A DNA stretch of 64,000 nt from Haliotis cracherodii. Lineage: Eukaryota. The stretch lies in NCBI RefSeq assembly GCF_022045235.1, contig NW_027266341.1, forward strand, positions 21,638,001-21,702,000, written 5' to 3'. Shown here one piece after another: positions 47,442-60,409 of this stretch. The notes under the pieces are model-generated. The model saw only the letters and a program-made list of their open reading frames with translations. It ran no database searches and was not told the DNA's origin. Within the stretch, counting starts at the first letter, position 1, and each line of letters starts with the position of its first letter. The position numbers and the translations under genes are program-made.

Positions 47442-49668
47442 ATAACATGACATTCAATATATATTTCATTTTCAGACAGGGGACTCCCAAGTAATGAAAT
47501 TTATTGACCAGTTTAAAGAATTCACAAAATATCTTATATGAACATTTAGGAAGAATATGGTAAGTTGTCTTGAGCTGTCCAGGATTACTATCTTGACTGA
47601 AAGTCACCTGTCTGGTAATATAATTTACCTATCAGTTTGAAGAATTCTTTTAAATTCTCCGAACAGGAGTCCTGGCAGATCCTCTCTCCTATCAGGATGA
47701 ACAAAAGTCCCGTGATGAAGAGGTGACTGCTGTACTGTGATGATGCAGGGCATTGATAAATAGTTTTGCAAATAATCGAGACGTCTTGATTTTTAAATGG
47801 AAATTATATTACTGGAGTAATTTGTATGTATTGTGTTCTGAAGGTGATGTGGATCTCTTTGAAAGGCATGTGCAGTTCAATCTACATGCTACGATCACTA
47901 TTTAGTATGTTGACATTGTAGCTCATTTTCACCCTTTCACAGGCAATATTAACAACTATTTTTTCTTGGTTCACGTATTTGTTTCGCAAAATATCTTGAT
48001 TAGTAGGAAGAAAAATGGGATTAAAAGGAAAAGTAATGAAAAGGATCTTTTTTGGACCATGAGATGTGCACAATTTAAGAAAATAGCAAAACCTTTACAA
48101 ATTAGTATGATAGTTATCATATGTGATCGTATGAAAGAAAATTCTTTGAGAAGACGTTGTTCTGAAAGTTAGTTGTGTGGTAAATGTGTCAGTCTGAACA
48201 AAACATACCACAGCAGGGTGTAAAGAATTTTCGTAGGCAATGACCTGTTGTAAATCGCGATCAAATGACATGTTTTTCCTCCAAACTTTGGTTTAAAATT
48301 GATGTATGTCTGTTGTCTATAACATGTTGAGGCACATTGACAAGCTACGACCTTCATTCTGACGGTGGGATCCAGCCTCCAAGGTTCATCTAGCCTTGCT
48401 GTACTGATTGATCAGTCAATAGAAATCTAGACTTGCCAAATATTATAGACTTGCATGGGCTGTATTTGATATATATTTGTATCAGGGTCCTTAAGACAGA
48501 CTAGAACGCCACCTTTTTATGGGGACAACTTATTATTTATATAATCTAGATATTATGATTTTAACTAATAATTATTGCCTTCGATACTTGTGCAAGTCTG
48601 AGGGCCATGTATAATGCTCCTGTGTGTGAACTGTTCACACCTGGAAGGCAGATACAGATTAAGATCAGATGATATATTTGTTATGTCACATACCAAGTTT
48701 GATGCAACACGACCTCATTATCATGTGTTGAAAGCAGGATAAGAGGAGTCTATCACAATCAGTACTAGATTCAACTCAAACAGATGGGACATGATAGTGA
48801 CATATTGTACCTGACTAAGGTGCTTACATTCAGATGGCTAAATGTCTCTAGAATAGAATGTCTCTTGTTACATGGCATGGTCATGGTCATGTTAGTCGTT
48901 GGGATTTGTTGTCTCATGTTATGGAAAATATCATTAAAATTGGTGTGTAAATATGAAACATCAATGACAGAATAATCAGTCTCTGATATTGCTTTCATTG
49001 GGGGTAAATGGCAAAATACTTGTGAAAATAATATGAATGAATAAAAAATAATATAACTGCTTAAGTGTTTTGTGCTTGCCCTAGACCATATTAACAACTC
49101 CCTGTTCAAGTACATGAGAAATACTGATTGCACACTGGTTAAAGTGTAATACCAGAAACTACTTTTCTTCTTTAAAAGTGTGTTTATGTTTGGGTCAAAA
49201 TATTGATATGAATTTTTGATATTGCACTTTTTTATTCTTCTGTCTCATCTTTTCTTTACAATTACTCATTGACCTGGCAAAAAGATAGTGATGTTCTGAG
49301 ATGTTTTTGCTACACTGTGCTGATTTCAGATCAAATCAATTTTTAAACCACCACATTTTTTAAAGAAGATATACCGTAGATTTTTAGTGATGAAATACTT
49401 TTAAGCAGAAAACAAAAAAAGTCGATATTAAAAAATAAAAGTGAGAAAGCCCTTTCCATGATCATAGATATAAAACGTCAACACCAGAGAAAAGAACAAT
49501 CTCGATTATCTGATGAAACAGATTCCAATGGGAGTAAAAGGATAAATAACGAAGAATATTAAATGAATGAATCACTGAAAATCAGTGATGACACCAGGTG
49601 TTCATGAAAAGGGTCAGCATGTCCTGCCTTAGTGGTAGCAGTCCATTCTGCGATTCTTGCATGTGGGT

Positions 49669-50400
49669 CCCCTGAAGAATAGGTAGGTTTCCCTCTGCCT
49701 TTTGAAACTTGCAACTCTAAAAATTACTAGTCCCCCCTAATTTTTGTCAGTCCCTACCTACCAAAGACAAAAACAACTGTGAAAATTTCCTGGTTTTAAT
49801 TCTTTCAACATCATATTCAATGTAATGACGTCATCTCTGAAGTAACTTAGTTAGATCTACATGTCATACACACAATTTTCTTATTTTTAAAAAATGTTTC
49901 GAGACTAAGTTGCGACAAATATATGTTTACCTCGAAGCAAGGCGAAATGTTATTTCCTTGCAGTAGATAAGGGGAAACACTGATGGTAACAGGCAAGCTT
50001 ACTTCGTTTGAAAAATATACTTATATGAATATTGCTGATGCTTTGTTCAACAACAAAGATTTATAAGGTACTTTATGTGGGACCTTTAAAGGGACTGGCA
50101 GTCACATGAACCACTGGTCCAAGGCTAATTTTACCGGTAAAAACTGGTAATTACCGGTAAACGGGAACACTGATAGGTCTTCAGCAACCCATGGTTATTG
50201 TAATAGTCAACTAACGGGATCGGATGGTCAGGCTCGCTGAGTTTGTTGATGCATGGCATCGTATACCAACTGCGTAGATCGATGCTCATGACATCATTCA
50301 CTTTATTGTCTGGTTCAGACTCGATTATTTACGGAAACCCATCGTACAGCTAGAATATTGCTAAGTGTGGTGTTAAACACCAAACAAACAAACAAAAAAA
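49669..50400 (+). mobile_element. Family-A SINE split by a ~490-bp DNA-transposon-like insert
   Basis: ATAGG duplicated around an insert ending GGGAACACTG; SINE resumes at ~50173. Confidence 0.6.
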
Positions 50401-51244
50401 ACATTAGCATGTGGTTATTCACTGGTGTTGACATTCTATATTTTATTTATAACTATTAAATAGTATGTGATGATACCAGCTGTTTGTGAAAAGAAAAGTG
50501 TACCCTGCCCCACCAGTGGCACCCATCACAAACACATTCAAAGGCAAGTCAATTGTTCACCTGAAAAACACATTTACATATGATACATGTCAGTATAGGA
50601 AGTTGTTTCGGCCACTGTCACTGATGTGTCAAATTTGGAAATGTCCGCCAAATATCTTCAATGAAACTTTTAAAACTTTTAAAAACTTTTTAAAAGTTTT
50701 ACCATGTTTACAGTACAGCCTTGAATGTCGTAACCCTCATCAAAAAATGTTTTGCAACTCTCGTTTGACACTCATTGAAAGCTTCTTGGAGAGAGCAAAC
50801 CAGATTGTTGTTAAGAAGTTGAGAAATATAAACACCAAAGACTGATACTGCTGGAATATTGACAACATAATGAGAACATTGTAAGTGGAATATTGAAGTC
50901 TTCTCTCATGTTATACAGTTTTGTGTAGATGTTTTTGTCTCTCTGAATTTTTATTTTTGTACATAAATATGAAACTCTCCTATATGGTCTCCAGTATTTC
51001 TAGCTCAGGTGGATAAATCAGGGGAAGGCATTTGGGTATTTGACTATTATTGAATCATAAAGAATTTGACCTTTATTGAATAATTTTAAGATCATCAATA
51101 AACCTGACGTGTAAGCTAAACTTCTTGACACAATTCTACTCAGGTTATTTCATTACAATTATGAAATGCTACTTCAATATGTAAAAAGAATCCACATAAT
51201 TATGACATGCTTGATCAGAGGTGTTTCTTTCCTATTGCGATCAC

Positions 51245-52413
51245 CATCTTCCTGAGGCAAGGGAGTTAACTGGTGAAGTCCAGTTTCCACCCTTGCTGAA
51301 CTAGGCTGGAATTATGGAGTTATGTTTTGGCTGGATTAACAAGTCTATGCATTGTCCAATCAAAATCGTGTACGTAATGGAAATCCAGTACATGAACTGC
51401 CGTGCAGATTTCGGTCGATTGCAGGATGTGGAAAGCATATGTACCGCAGAACCGGCATCAACATCGACAAATCTTCACATGTTTTTAATTGAGGTGCTCA
51501 TGATGTACTTAGCGATGTAAGACCTGTTTTAAAACAATATAGGATAGTGTGGTGAGGTACGTGAGGTGAAATGGGGTTTAACGTCACGTCCAAGATTATT
51601 GCACTTACATAGCGACGTGCATGCACATGTGTGTGTGGCTGCTTGTACTAGTCTGGACTGATGGCGAATTCTAGTGCTAGCAAACTGAGATATCAGGGGA
51701 ACTGTAGACAAGGGGAAACACTGATGGTAACAGGCAAGCTGACTTCGTTTGAAAAATATACTTATATGAATATTGCTGATGCTTTGTTCAACAACAAAGA
51801 TTTATAAGGTACTTTATGTGCTGGTCCAAAGGGACTGGCAGTCACATGAACTACTGGTCCAAGGCTAATTTTACCGGTAAAAAACTGGTAATTACCGGTA
51901 AACGGGAACACTGATAGGTCTTCAGCAATGGGGTTTAACGTCCAAAATTATTGCACTTATATAGCGACGTGCATGCACATGTGTGTGTGGCTGCTTGTAC
52001 TATAGTCTGGACTGATGGCGAATTCTAGTGCTAACAAACTGAGATATCATGTCACAGTTTAACATGAATACCCCACTCAGACACAGTATACTGACTCCGA
52101 GCCGACCAGTCCTTGTTTTAGCCCTTTAATGCCGAGTGCCAGACAGGGTAACAACAAGTATCATCTCTTAACGTCTTTTGGTATGACGTGGCCGTCTACC
52201 ACTAAATCATTGAGGTGTTTGCCATTTTGTTTGGAGCAAATTCAAGTGATATGAGAGGTGGAATCTGATTGGTCAATAAGAGGAACATAGAAGGGACATA
52301 ACTCTTAATAGCCACTGGTGGTGCTATGATCGAGGCCAGCAATTCCAGCCTATTTCGGCAAGGATGGAAACTGGACTGTTGTAGTTAGTTAACTCCCTTG
52401 CCTCGGGAAGATG
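51245..52413. mobile_element. Mutator-like MITE copy 2 with nested family-D SINE and duplicated segment
   Basis: Same TIRs as 25452-25998; TSD TGCGATCAC at 51236-51244 and 52414-52422. Confidence 0.9.
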
Positions 52414-53382
52414 TGCGATCACAGGACACAACAGTCTTTGATTTAGGAGCAAGTAATTTACCAGATAGACATTATCTCTACTTGAGAGGCTTTCCATGCA
52501 AACGCAGTGGCTGTAAATGTTTAGAATACAAAGCCACTTTGCCAGAGTGTGTTTATTTCCGAACAGAGTCGGCCATGACTGTGTGATGTGGTATGCTGCC
52601 CCTGTCTACCCACGTGCAGTTCCTACACATGGCCGACACCCACAGTAATGTACGTGTTTTGCCAGGATCGTGATGAGGATGCCATATGTCAGAAATACTT
52701 CAAGGGATATTGAGAAATTCAGCTCACTATTTGGGCTCTTCATTAGGGTCTGTACTTTTTAACTGAAAAAAACTCTTGGATGTAAATATATATATATATG
52801 TTAATGTTATTTTTTTTTTTAGTTTGGACATTTTGCATGAATATCACAGAAATGTTTGGGGGAATATGGTGGTATTTTGATTTCTGATAATAAATGTCTT
52901 CATATAGCTGGAATTTTGCTGAGTGCGGCGTTAGACAACAAACAAAACAAACAAACATCTGGTACTAAGTGCATCTGAAGAAACTGGATAATTGAAGCAG
53001 TTGACCTTGAATGGGCATCCAAGAAGCAGCGTCCTCTAATACCTAAGAGACAAATGTTTACAGTGTTTAAAAAAATGTTTTTGTGTTTGTTCTATAAACT
53101 CTTTGTTCCTCACGTTAATACATAAAGATTTGCCTTCAGTAACTCATAACCTGTTCTTACATAATTCCTATAAATGCTTTTATTAATCCCTTTATTGACT
53201 GATTGCAATAATGAAGCAGCTACTATTTTTGTGTTATGTTAAATATGTTGTGTTTGTAGTATAATTTTGTACCCTTCCCCTTGAGGGTGTTTTGTACAAT
53301 AAAATATCTCGACTCTTGGATCTTACAAGAATATATGTACAGACATATATAAACATGCCATACAAATGATACTCTAACTCTA

Positions 53383-53605
53383 GTTTGTTGTTTAACGCCA
53401 CACTCAGCAATATTCCAGCTATATGATGGCGGTCTGTAAATAATCAAGTCTGGACCAGACAATCCAGTAATTGACATCATGAACATCGATCCACGCAATT
53501 GGAATATGTCAACCATGTCAGCGAGCCTGACCACCCGATCCCAGCAGTCGCCTTTTACGACAAGCATGGGTTGCTGAAGACCTATTCTAACCCGGATATT
53601 CACCG
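53383..53605 (-). mobile_element. SINE family A
   Basis: Reverse complement match. Confidence 0.9.
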
Positions 53606-53639
53606 ATCCATACAAATTATAACTTGTAGGTTGATATAC

Positions 53640-54400
53640 ATGGTTATTTAAGTGGTCTTTTAAATGATTGCTTTTTTCATTCACAGAATTTAGGTAGTTT
53701 TCTAATGTAGTACCTAATTTGTTTTGTAGTTTATAGATATTTGTTTTTCAATAAAAATTTGAATTTGGAATCCAGGTATTCGTGTGTTACATATAAGAGA
53801 AACCGACTTACTGAAAATGCACTGTAAATCTTAAAGTGTGATGTGCTCTTTGAAAAATAAGCTTCATGTTCGAAGTGCACATTTTCTAGACAATTTGTCT
53901 TTTCTATACCCCACATTTCGCACTCATGCGTTAGTACAGGAACAATCATACTGTCTAAGATAAAGATGAGTTATGATAAAGATAGACATGATAAAGGTAA
54001 GTTATGGTATTGGCCTTGTCTTCAGACATAATACACGACTTTGCCCTCATCATTGCAGTCAACTTATTGCTGTAATTAAACTTAGCCCCTAAATATGGGT
54101 AAATAAAGTGACAAAACCCTTTCCATATTCATAAGAAATCTCTGCCCTAAACAGAGTCCATTGTACGAGTCCGACGACATCTTGAGCATGTGGTTATTCA
54201 TCACTTTGGAATAGTGATAATACCAGGTATTCTCCTGTCCTGCCCACTGTGGCACGAACACAAACATAACAAACATTTGTTTCAACATCGCTATTTATTT
54301 TTTTAACACCACCATAAGACACACTGATATATTTATTCTTTCAAACAAACTTTCATCTGTGATAATTTCTAACTGTAATTCAATCTTGATAATTTTTGAC
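53640..54400 (-). pseudogene. Degenerate non-LTR retrotransposon, post-RT region
   Basis: ORF 53731-53949 MIVPVLTHECEMWGIEKTNCLENVH...KSTS resembles the LINE P.L.YG.E.WG...E.VH motif; frameshifted. Confidence 0.6.
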
Positions 54401-56472
54401 AATGATTCAGTCTTGATAACTTCTAACAATAATCAGTCTTGATATATTGTATTAATTATTCATTCTTGATTTAGCACAATATCAAAATATAATATAATGT
54501 CAAACAAAATGTCATACTTGAGGAAATTAAGAATACAAAGCATAGGTATACAAAGTTCACTGACACAATAACCTTTAAGACTCTCCAATGCCACCATATT
54601 TGACCGAAGAGTTAAATATCTAAGACATGCATGAAGCATTTTTTTATTGGTCTTTCCTTCCTCATCATGCTGACATGAAACTGTCAAGCTGAGCTGGAAT
54701 ACTGTTCAAANNNNNNNNNNNNNNNNNNNNNNNNNNNNNNNNNNNNNNNNNNNNNNNNNNNNNNNNNNNNNNNNNNNNNNNNNNNNNNNNNNNNNNNNNN
54801 NNNNNNNNNNNNNNNNNNNNNNNNNNNNNNNNNNNNNNNNNNNNNNNNNNNNNNNNNNNNNNNNNNNNNNNNNNNNNNNNNNCATCGTTCTCACTTTGTA
54901 ACCTTAGGGTCAGGGCAAGGACCATTTGATGTTCATTGAGGATTTCAAGCACTGCTTTCTCATGACTTTACTTTCAAGATACATGTATGCATCGTATGAC
55001 ACACGAGCATACAGTTCCAGCCCAGGATGAGATATATACATGTCTCCTTCAGTTTTGCATTCCTTCATTCATAGAAAGTTCTCTAGAAAATCTAAGCAGA
55101 TCGTTCTTTGTAGCCCTCTTTTTTCTCCCTGGCCAGTTACCCCAGGTTCCGCATGTTTCCCTCGAATGAAAACTTGAGCCAACAGAGTAGGTGCAGGCCT
55201 TCACAGTCAATAAAAAAATGATTATTAAGCAGGCAGTTGCTGATCATATTTTACACTCAGGTTGGTTTAAATCCCCACCAGTTTTCATGATCATGCCTGT
55301 TCATGTCCAGATAAGCACTGTTGATGATAAAGTACTAGCGTCCTCACACCTGGTGCACATACAAATTGCTTATTAAACTCTGAGGTGTAATATTTCAAAT
55401 ATGTTCTATTTCTTTAGGTAATTGGGTTGTATTGGAAATATATTTCATTCTTTATTCTTTATTTCATTCGACAGTTTTATTCTTTACTTATTTTGAAGAA
55501 TAATTTTGGTTTCATTTGTAGAATCTGTAAACAGATTGTTAGGACTTGTGAATATGTTGTAAGGGTAATGTGATCTGATTTTTTCTTGAGTAGGTTTTGA
55601 AATTAGTACATATGCAAATGTTTGATTTAAAGTGTTGTTTTATATTTTCATTTCATGTCCTCAATTAACGTTGACTTTACAGCACGATTGTAGGGAAATG
55701 TTTTTTATTTAGTGACAAACAAAATGGATACATGTATTCCTAACCTCTTGGACAAACTGTTATTGAGTTATTGAGTCTTCACTGTACTGCAACAGAATGA
55801 ACAAATTAAACTCCTTTGACTTTGAACTAAACAATTACCCTATTTCATTTGTTCTTTGAAAAATAATATGAACATAATTGATGTGTTGAATGTTTGTCTT
55901 CAACAGCTTTCTAAAGATAATTACTTTGTTGGAAAGGATACCATTCTTGTCTTATTTTTAGTCTATTTTCAAGTCAGCATTTTCTTTGGCTCAGCAACTC
56001 TTTAAGAGTACATGTTATGTGTTTGAGTGGCAATTAGAATGTGATGTAAGTACAAGTACAAGTTCTTATAGACAAACAACTTCTATATTACAGCTGAGGT
56101 GATGCTTTGATAGGGATTCTAACACCTTTATTAAGCAAGTGATGATAAAGGTGTCACTATCTTGATAAAGGTGTTAGAGTCTGCACCAAAATGTCTCAAC
56201 TGTAATAAAGAAGTTGTTTATCCATGGTAACATGTCCTTGTTTATGTCCCTATTGTTTACCTCAAACGGATGTATTTCTGGTGTTTTTTCTTCTTGTTAG
56301 TGTCTTAAGTGATATGGAGTTACTTCATTAGGATTTATGACATGTCTGATGCAATTCCCTATTTTGACTTGTATTTAAGAAATAAAGTTTGCTCTACCCC
56401 CATGTGAAGTGCAATAAAGTATATATTGTTCTGAATTATTATAGTTAAAGGCCGTTATGTCGTAACTGAAAG

Positions 56473-56815
56473 GACTGCCTAGTGGTAGAGCGTCCGCCTG
56501 GAGAGCGAAGGTCCGGGGTTCGATCCCCGGCTGTGTCATACCAAAAGACATTAAAAGATGGTACTTGTTGTTACCCTGTCTGACGCTCAGGATTAAGGGG
56601 CTAAAACAAGGACTGGTCAGCTGGGAGTCAGTATACTGTTTCTGAGTGGCGTATTCATGTTAAAACTGCGGCATATGGTATCTCGGTGAGCTAGCACTAT
56701 AAATTGGCATCAGTCCGGACTAGTACAAGCAGCCACACACACGTGCATGCACGTTGCTATATAAGTGCAATAATCTTGGATGCGACGTTAAACCCTATTT
56801 CACCTCACCACACCT
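56473..56815 (+). mobile_element. Full-length SINE family D
   Basis: A/B boxes, Meta/MESC-like core, TSD TCGTAACT(G/A)AAA. Confidence 0.92.
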
Positions 56816-57162
56816 CGTAACTAAAAAAGTGTACTTTATAGCAGGATAAAGAGCTGTCAGCTCTTTTAGCAAAGCATCTTAGAATATATGTTTCTGTGTT
56901 ATTCCAGGTGAACAATTGGCTTGCCTTTGTATGTGTTTGTGATGGGTGCCAACCATGGGGCACAATATGCTCACCTTTTAACAAACACCTATATCATCTC
57001 TATTTGAAAGTGATTCAAAAACACATGCTTATGATATAGACGAAATCGTAGAGAGGACTCTGCTGACAGCGGAGATTTCTTGTGAATATGGAAATGTTTG
57101 TGGCATTTTGTTTATATCTGCATATTGTCATTATTGTTTACAAACAGTCCATATTGATAGGG

Positions 57163-57438
57163 ATGAGTAAGTTGGGTTTAACGCCTCTTTTAACAGTATT
57201 CCAGTTATATCAAGGCGTGTGAGCTTGATGTGGGAGGAAAGCCCAAAGTGATGCAGGTCACAGACGTTTACGACTTATGTGAAACCCACGAGCACGGGTA
57301 TGGTGCTGACAAACCTAGAAACATAATCGGGGCGAACCGGGATTCGAACCCACAATCATAGGTTTCTGTCGTGCCCAAAGGGACGCAACTCTGCACAGCG
57401 AATCGCGGCGCCTTAGACTACTGGGCCACCCGTGCCCT
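57163..57438 (-). mobile_element. SINE family C
   Basis: Reverse complement of 2285-2564. Confidence 0.9.
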
Positions 57439-58841
57439 CTCATATTGATAATAAGCCATCTAGTGCTGTATAAAGGCTGGAAATTAAGTTACGCAGTACC
57501 TTATTCCGTCACAATGAATTTCTTTCTGCACATGAAAACCGGTGTTATCAATACCAGTTAGGACATGTTTGAGGAAAATATGTAGTCCGCCATTAAGTAA
57601 GGGCAAGACTGTATCATGGATGTGTTGAATAGATGCTGGAGTACATTCACAGATCACTGATGAATGCCTTGGTCACTCAAAGCACAAAATTGATCATTTT
57701 TAGTGTGCATTCCATACTATTAGAAAACTACCTAAATTCTGTCCCACTCAATGGCAGAATTTTGGTTATCATGCAGATCCTGTATTTTTAGATCATTAAA
57801 CTAACATCTATGTGGAAAGTTGTTGTCGTGTTTCTAACTTTTTTATCCATTTTTCTCGTTTTTAAACTGAAATGATTTTCATTCAGTATATAGCATGACA
57901 CATGTTGGCCAGATTTGTATTTGAAAAAATGCAAATCTGGCCAAGATGTGTCATGCTATTCAAAACATAAGGGTCAATAGATAAAATACAAATACAGTAC
58001 AAAATTCTGCATATTTGGGTATGTTTCTCAGCTTTTTTTTCATATTGATTTATCCTAACCTTGAGGATGTTATGCTGAGCTTGTGATAGTGTCAATACAT
58101 TGTTTGTTTTTACATGTGTATCATGTTTAATATTTAAAATGCTAAAGGCAATTTAGATTGACAGGATATTCTGTAAGTTGGGTCTGGCTAATGCAAATGT
58201 ACTCTCTTATTTGGAAAACAGAAACTAATGGCATCTTAAGGATATTTAAGATGACTGGTTAATTACCTTTACTTCCCTGCTCTCTGTGGATATATAATTT
58301 GTTGTGTCTATCGTTATTAAGATACATGTCTTCTATCGTTATTAAGATACATGTCTGGGACCATTATGCTGGTGACTGACAGTTGCTATGGATACCATTC
58401 TCAACTTTGCTCTGCTGTTTAGAGAATGTCAGAACTAGCAGTTTGTGTCTGTACCAGACAATTAGTATCATTGCTCCCTCAATTCCATGATTTGAAACCC
58501 GGGTTTGTTTGGCCCAGACTTGACTCCTGATAGATTGCTGTGGCATAAGTGAAATATGTCTTGCTCAGTGTGTTCAATTAATCTTTATTCATGATACTGA
58601 GGAGGCAATATGCCTTTATTTTAATTACTGGTTTCCTGTTGTACAGGGTAGGTATGTGTATTGTTTTTAAAAAACATACATTTCCATGTAGGAGAGGATG
58701 TCCATGTGATTGGGATATATATGGTACACACATTACCAACACTGCAGCAATATCTGCACATTCATGGCATGAAGAATGTACATTGTGTTCTCATAATTAT
58801 ACTGCTACCAGCTAGTATTCACTCTCTCATAGACTAACATA

Positions 58842-59027
58842 TAGTCTCTGAAATGAACATATCGTACAAAAAAACCAGTTGTTCGGTTATCTTAATAAAA
58901 GTATAATAAAAAGGGAGCCCAGTGATTCTCTTCATTTTCATACTGCAGTAACCTAGACTTGCCAAACATTATAGACTTGCATGGGCTGTAGTTGATATAT
59001 TTGTATCAGGGTCTGTAAGACAGACTA
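58842..59027 (+). mobile_element. TAGTCT...AGACTA family element
   Basis: Short inverted ends TAGTCT/AGACTA; homologous to 3800-3972. Confidence 0.65.
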
Positions 59028-59299
59028 ACTCTCTCATTCGACACTCTAACACACAGGCCCTGATTCACACTAATGCCATAAANNNNNNNNNNNNNNNNNN
59101 NNNNNNNNNNNNNNNNNNNNNNNNNNNNNNNNNNNNNNNNNNNNNNNNNNNNNNNNNNNNNNNNNNNNNNNNNNNNNNNNNNNNNNNNNNNNNNNNNNNN
59201 NNNNNNNNNNNNNNNNNNNNNNTTCATATGCTCACTCACAAGCCAACTCACCCACTCACTCATACACCCACTCACTCATACACTCACTCACTCACTTAA

Positions 59300-59530
59300 C
59301 CCATGAAGATCCAGGGTAGAATAGGCCTTCAGCAACCCATGCTCGTAAAAGGTGACTATAACGTCAGGCTCGCTGACTTGGTTGATGCATGTCATCGTAT
59401 CCCAATTGCTTGGATCGATGCATATGATGTCGATCACTGGATTGTCAGGTCCAGGCTCAATTATTTACATACAGCTATCATATAGCTGGAATATTGCTGA
59501 GTGTGGCGTTAAACAAAAAACAAACAGACA
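59300..59530 (+). mobile_element. SINE family A
   Basis: Head, core and tail match. Confidence 0.88.
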
Positions 59531-60409
59531 AACACTCACTCACTCACTCACCCAAATGCACTCAACCAAATGCATCACTAAAATGCAGTCACTCACTCAC
59601 TCAACCACCCACTCACCCACTCACCCACTCAACCACTGGTGGCAGTATAAACTATCCCACCAATCCCCCCACATGCAAGGTGTTAAAAAGATTCAGTTTG
59701 TAGAAGATGTTATTGCTCTCCTTGATACAATATGTGATCACCTTCATTGTGTATTGATACATCAATTCATATCCTTTCACATTTTCTTAATTATCTGCAG
59801 ACTCGCTGTCTGCAAACTGGCACTGATCGATATTTTGAGTTTAAATATGAAATCCAATATTCAGTCAGATCTTGTGTTGGTGCCGATTTCAGCTCATAAT
59901 GATGCTTGATATCAAAAGAGAGAAAGTGTAATTTAAAAAAAAATAAAAGTGTCGTTTTCTATAATGTAAAGATTTTCCACCATCCCTCGACTCTCTCATC
60001 TATGGTGAATCATGAACAAAATATGGTTTTGTGGGAAGTATCATGACCAAGGCATAGAGAATTGAAGCGTCTTTTTTCCTGTTCCATCCCATCCCATCCC
60101 ATCACCTTCCCATCCCATCCAATCCCCATNNNNNNNNNNNNNNNNNNNNNNNNNNNNNNNNNNNNNNNNNNNNNNNNNNNNNNNNNNNNNNNNNNNNNNN
60201 NNNNNNNNNNNNNNNNNNNNNNNNNNNNNNNNNNNNNNNNNNNNNNNNNNNNNNNNNNNNNNNNNNNTTCTTTCTTCCCAACTTCCATATCCCCATCTTT
60301 CCCTCCCTACCATCTTCTACCTTCCCCTACCTTTCTACCCATCTTCCCACCTTTCCCGTCTCCTTTTACAATCTCCTTAACCCCCCATTTTCTTAAATTC
60401 CATACAACC

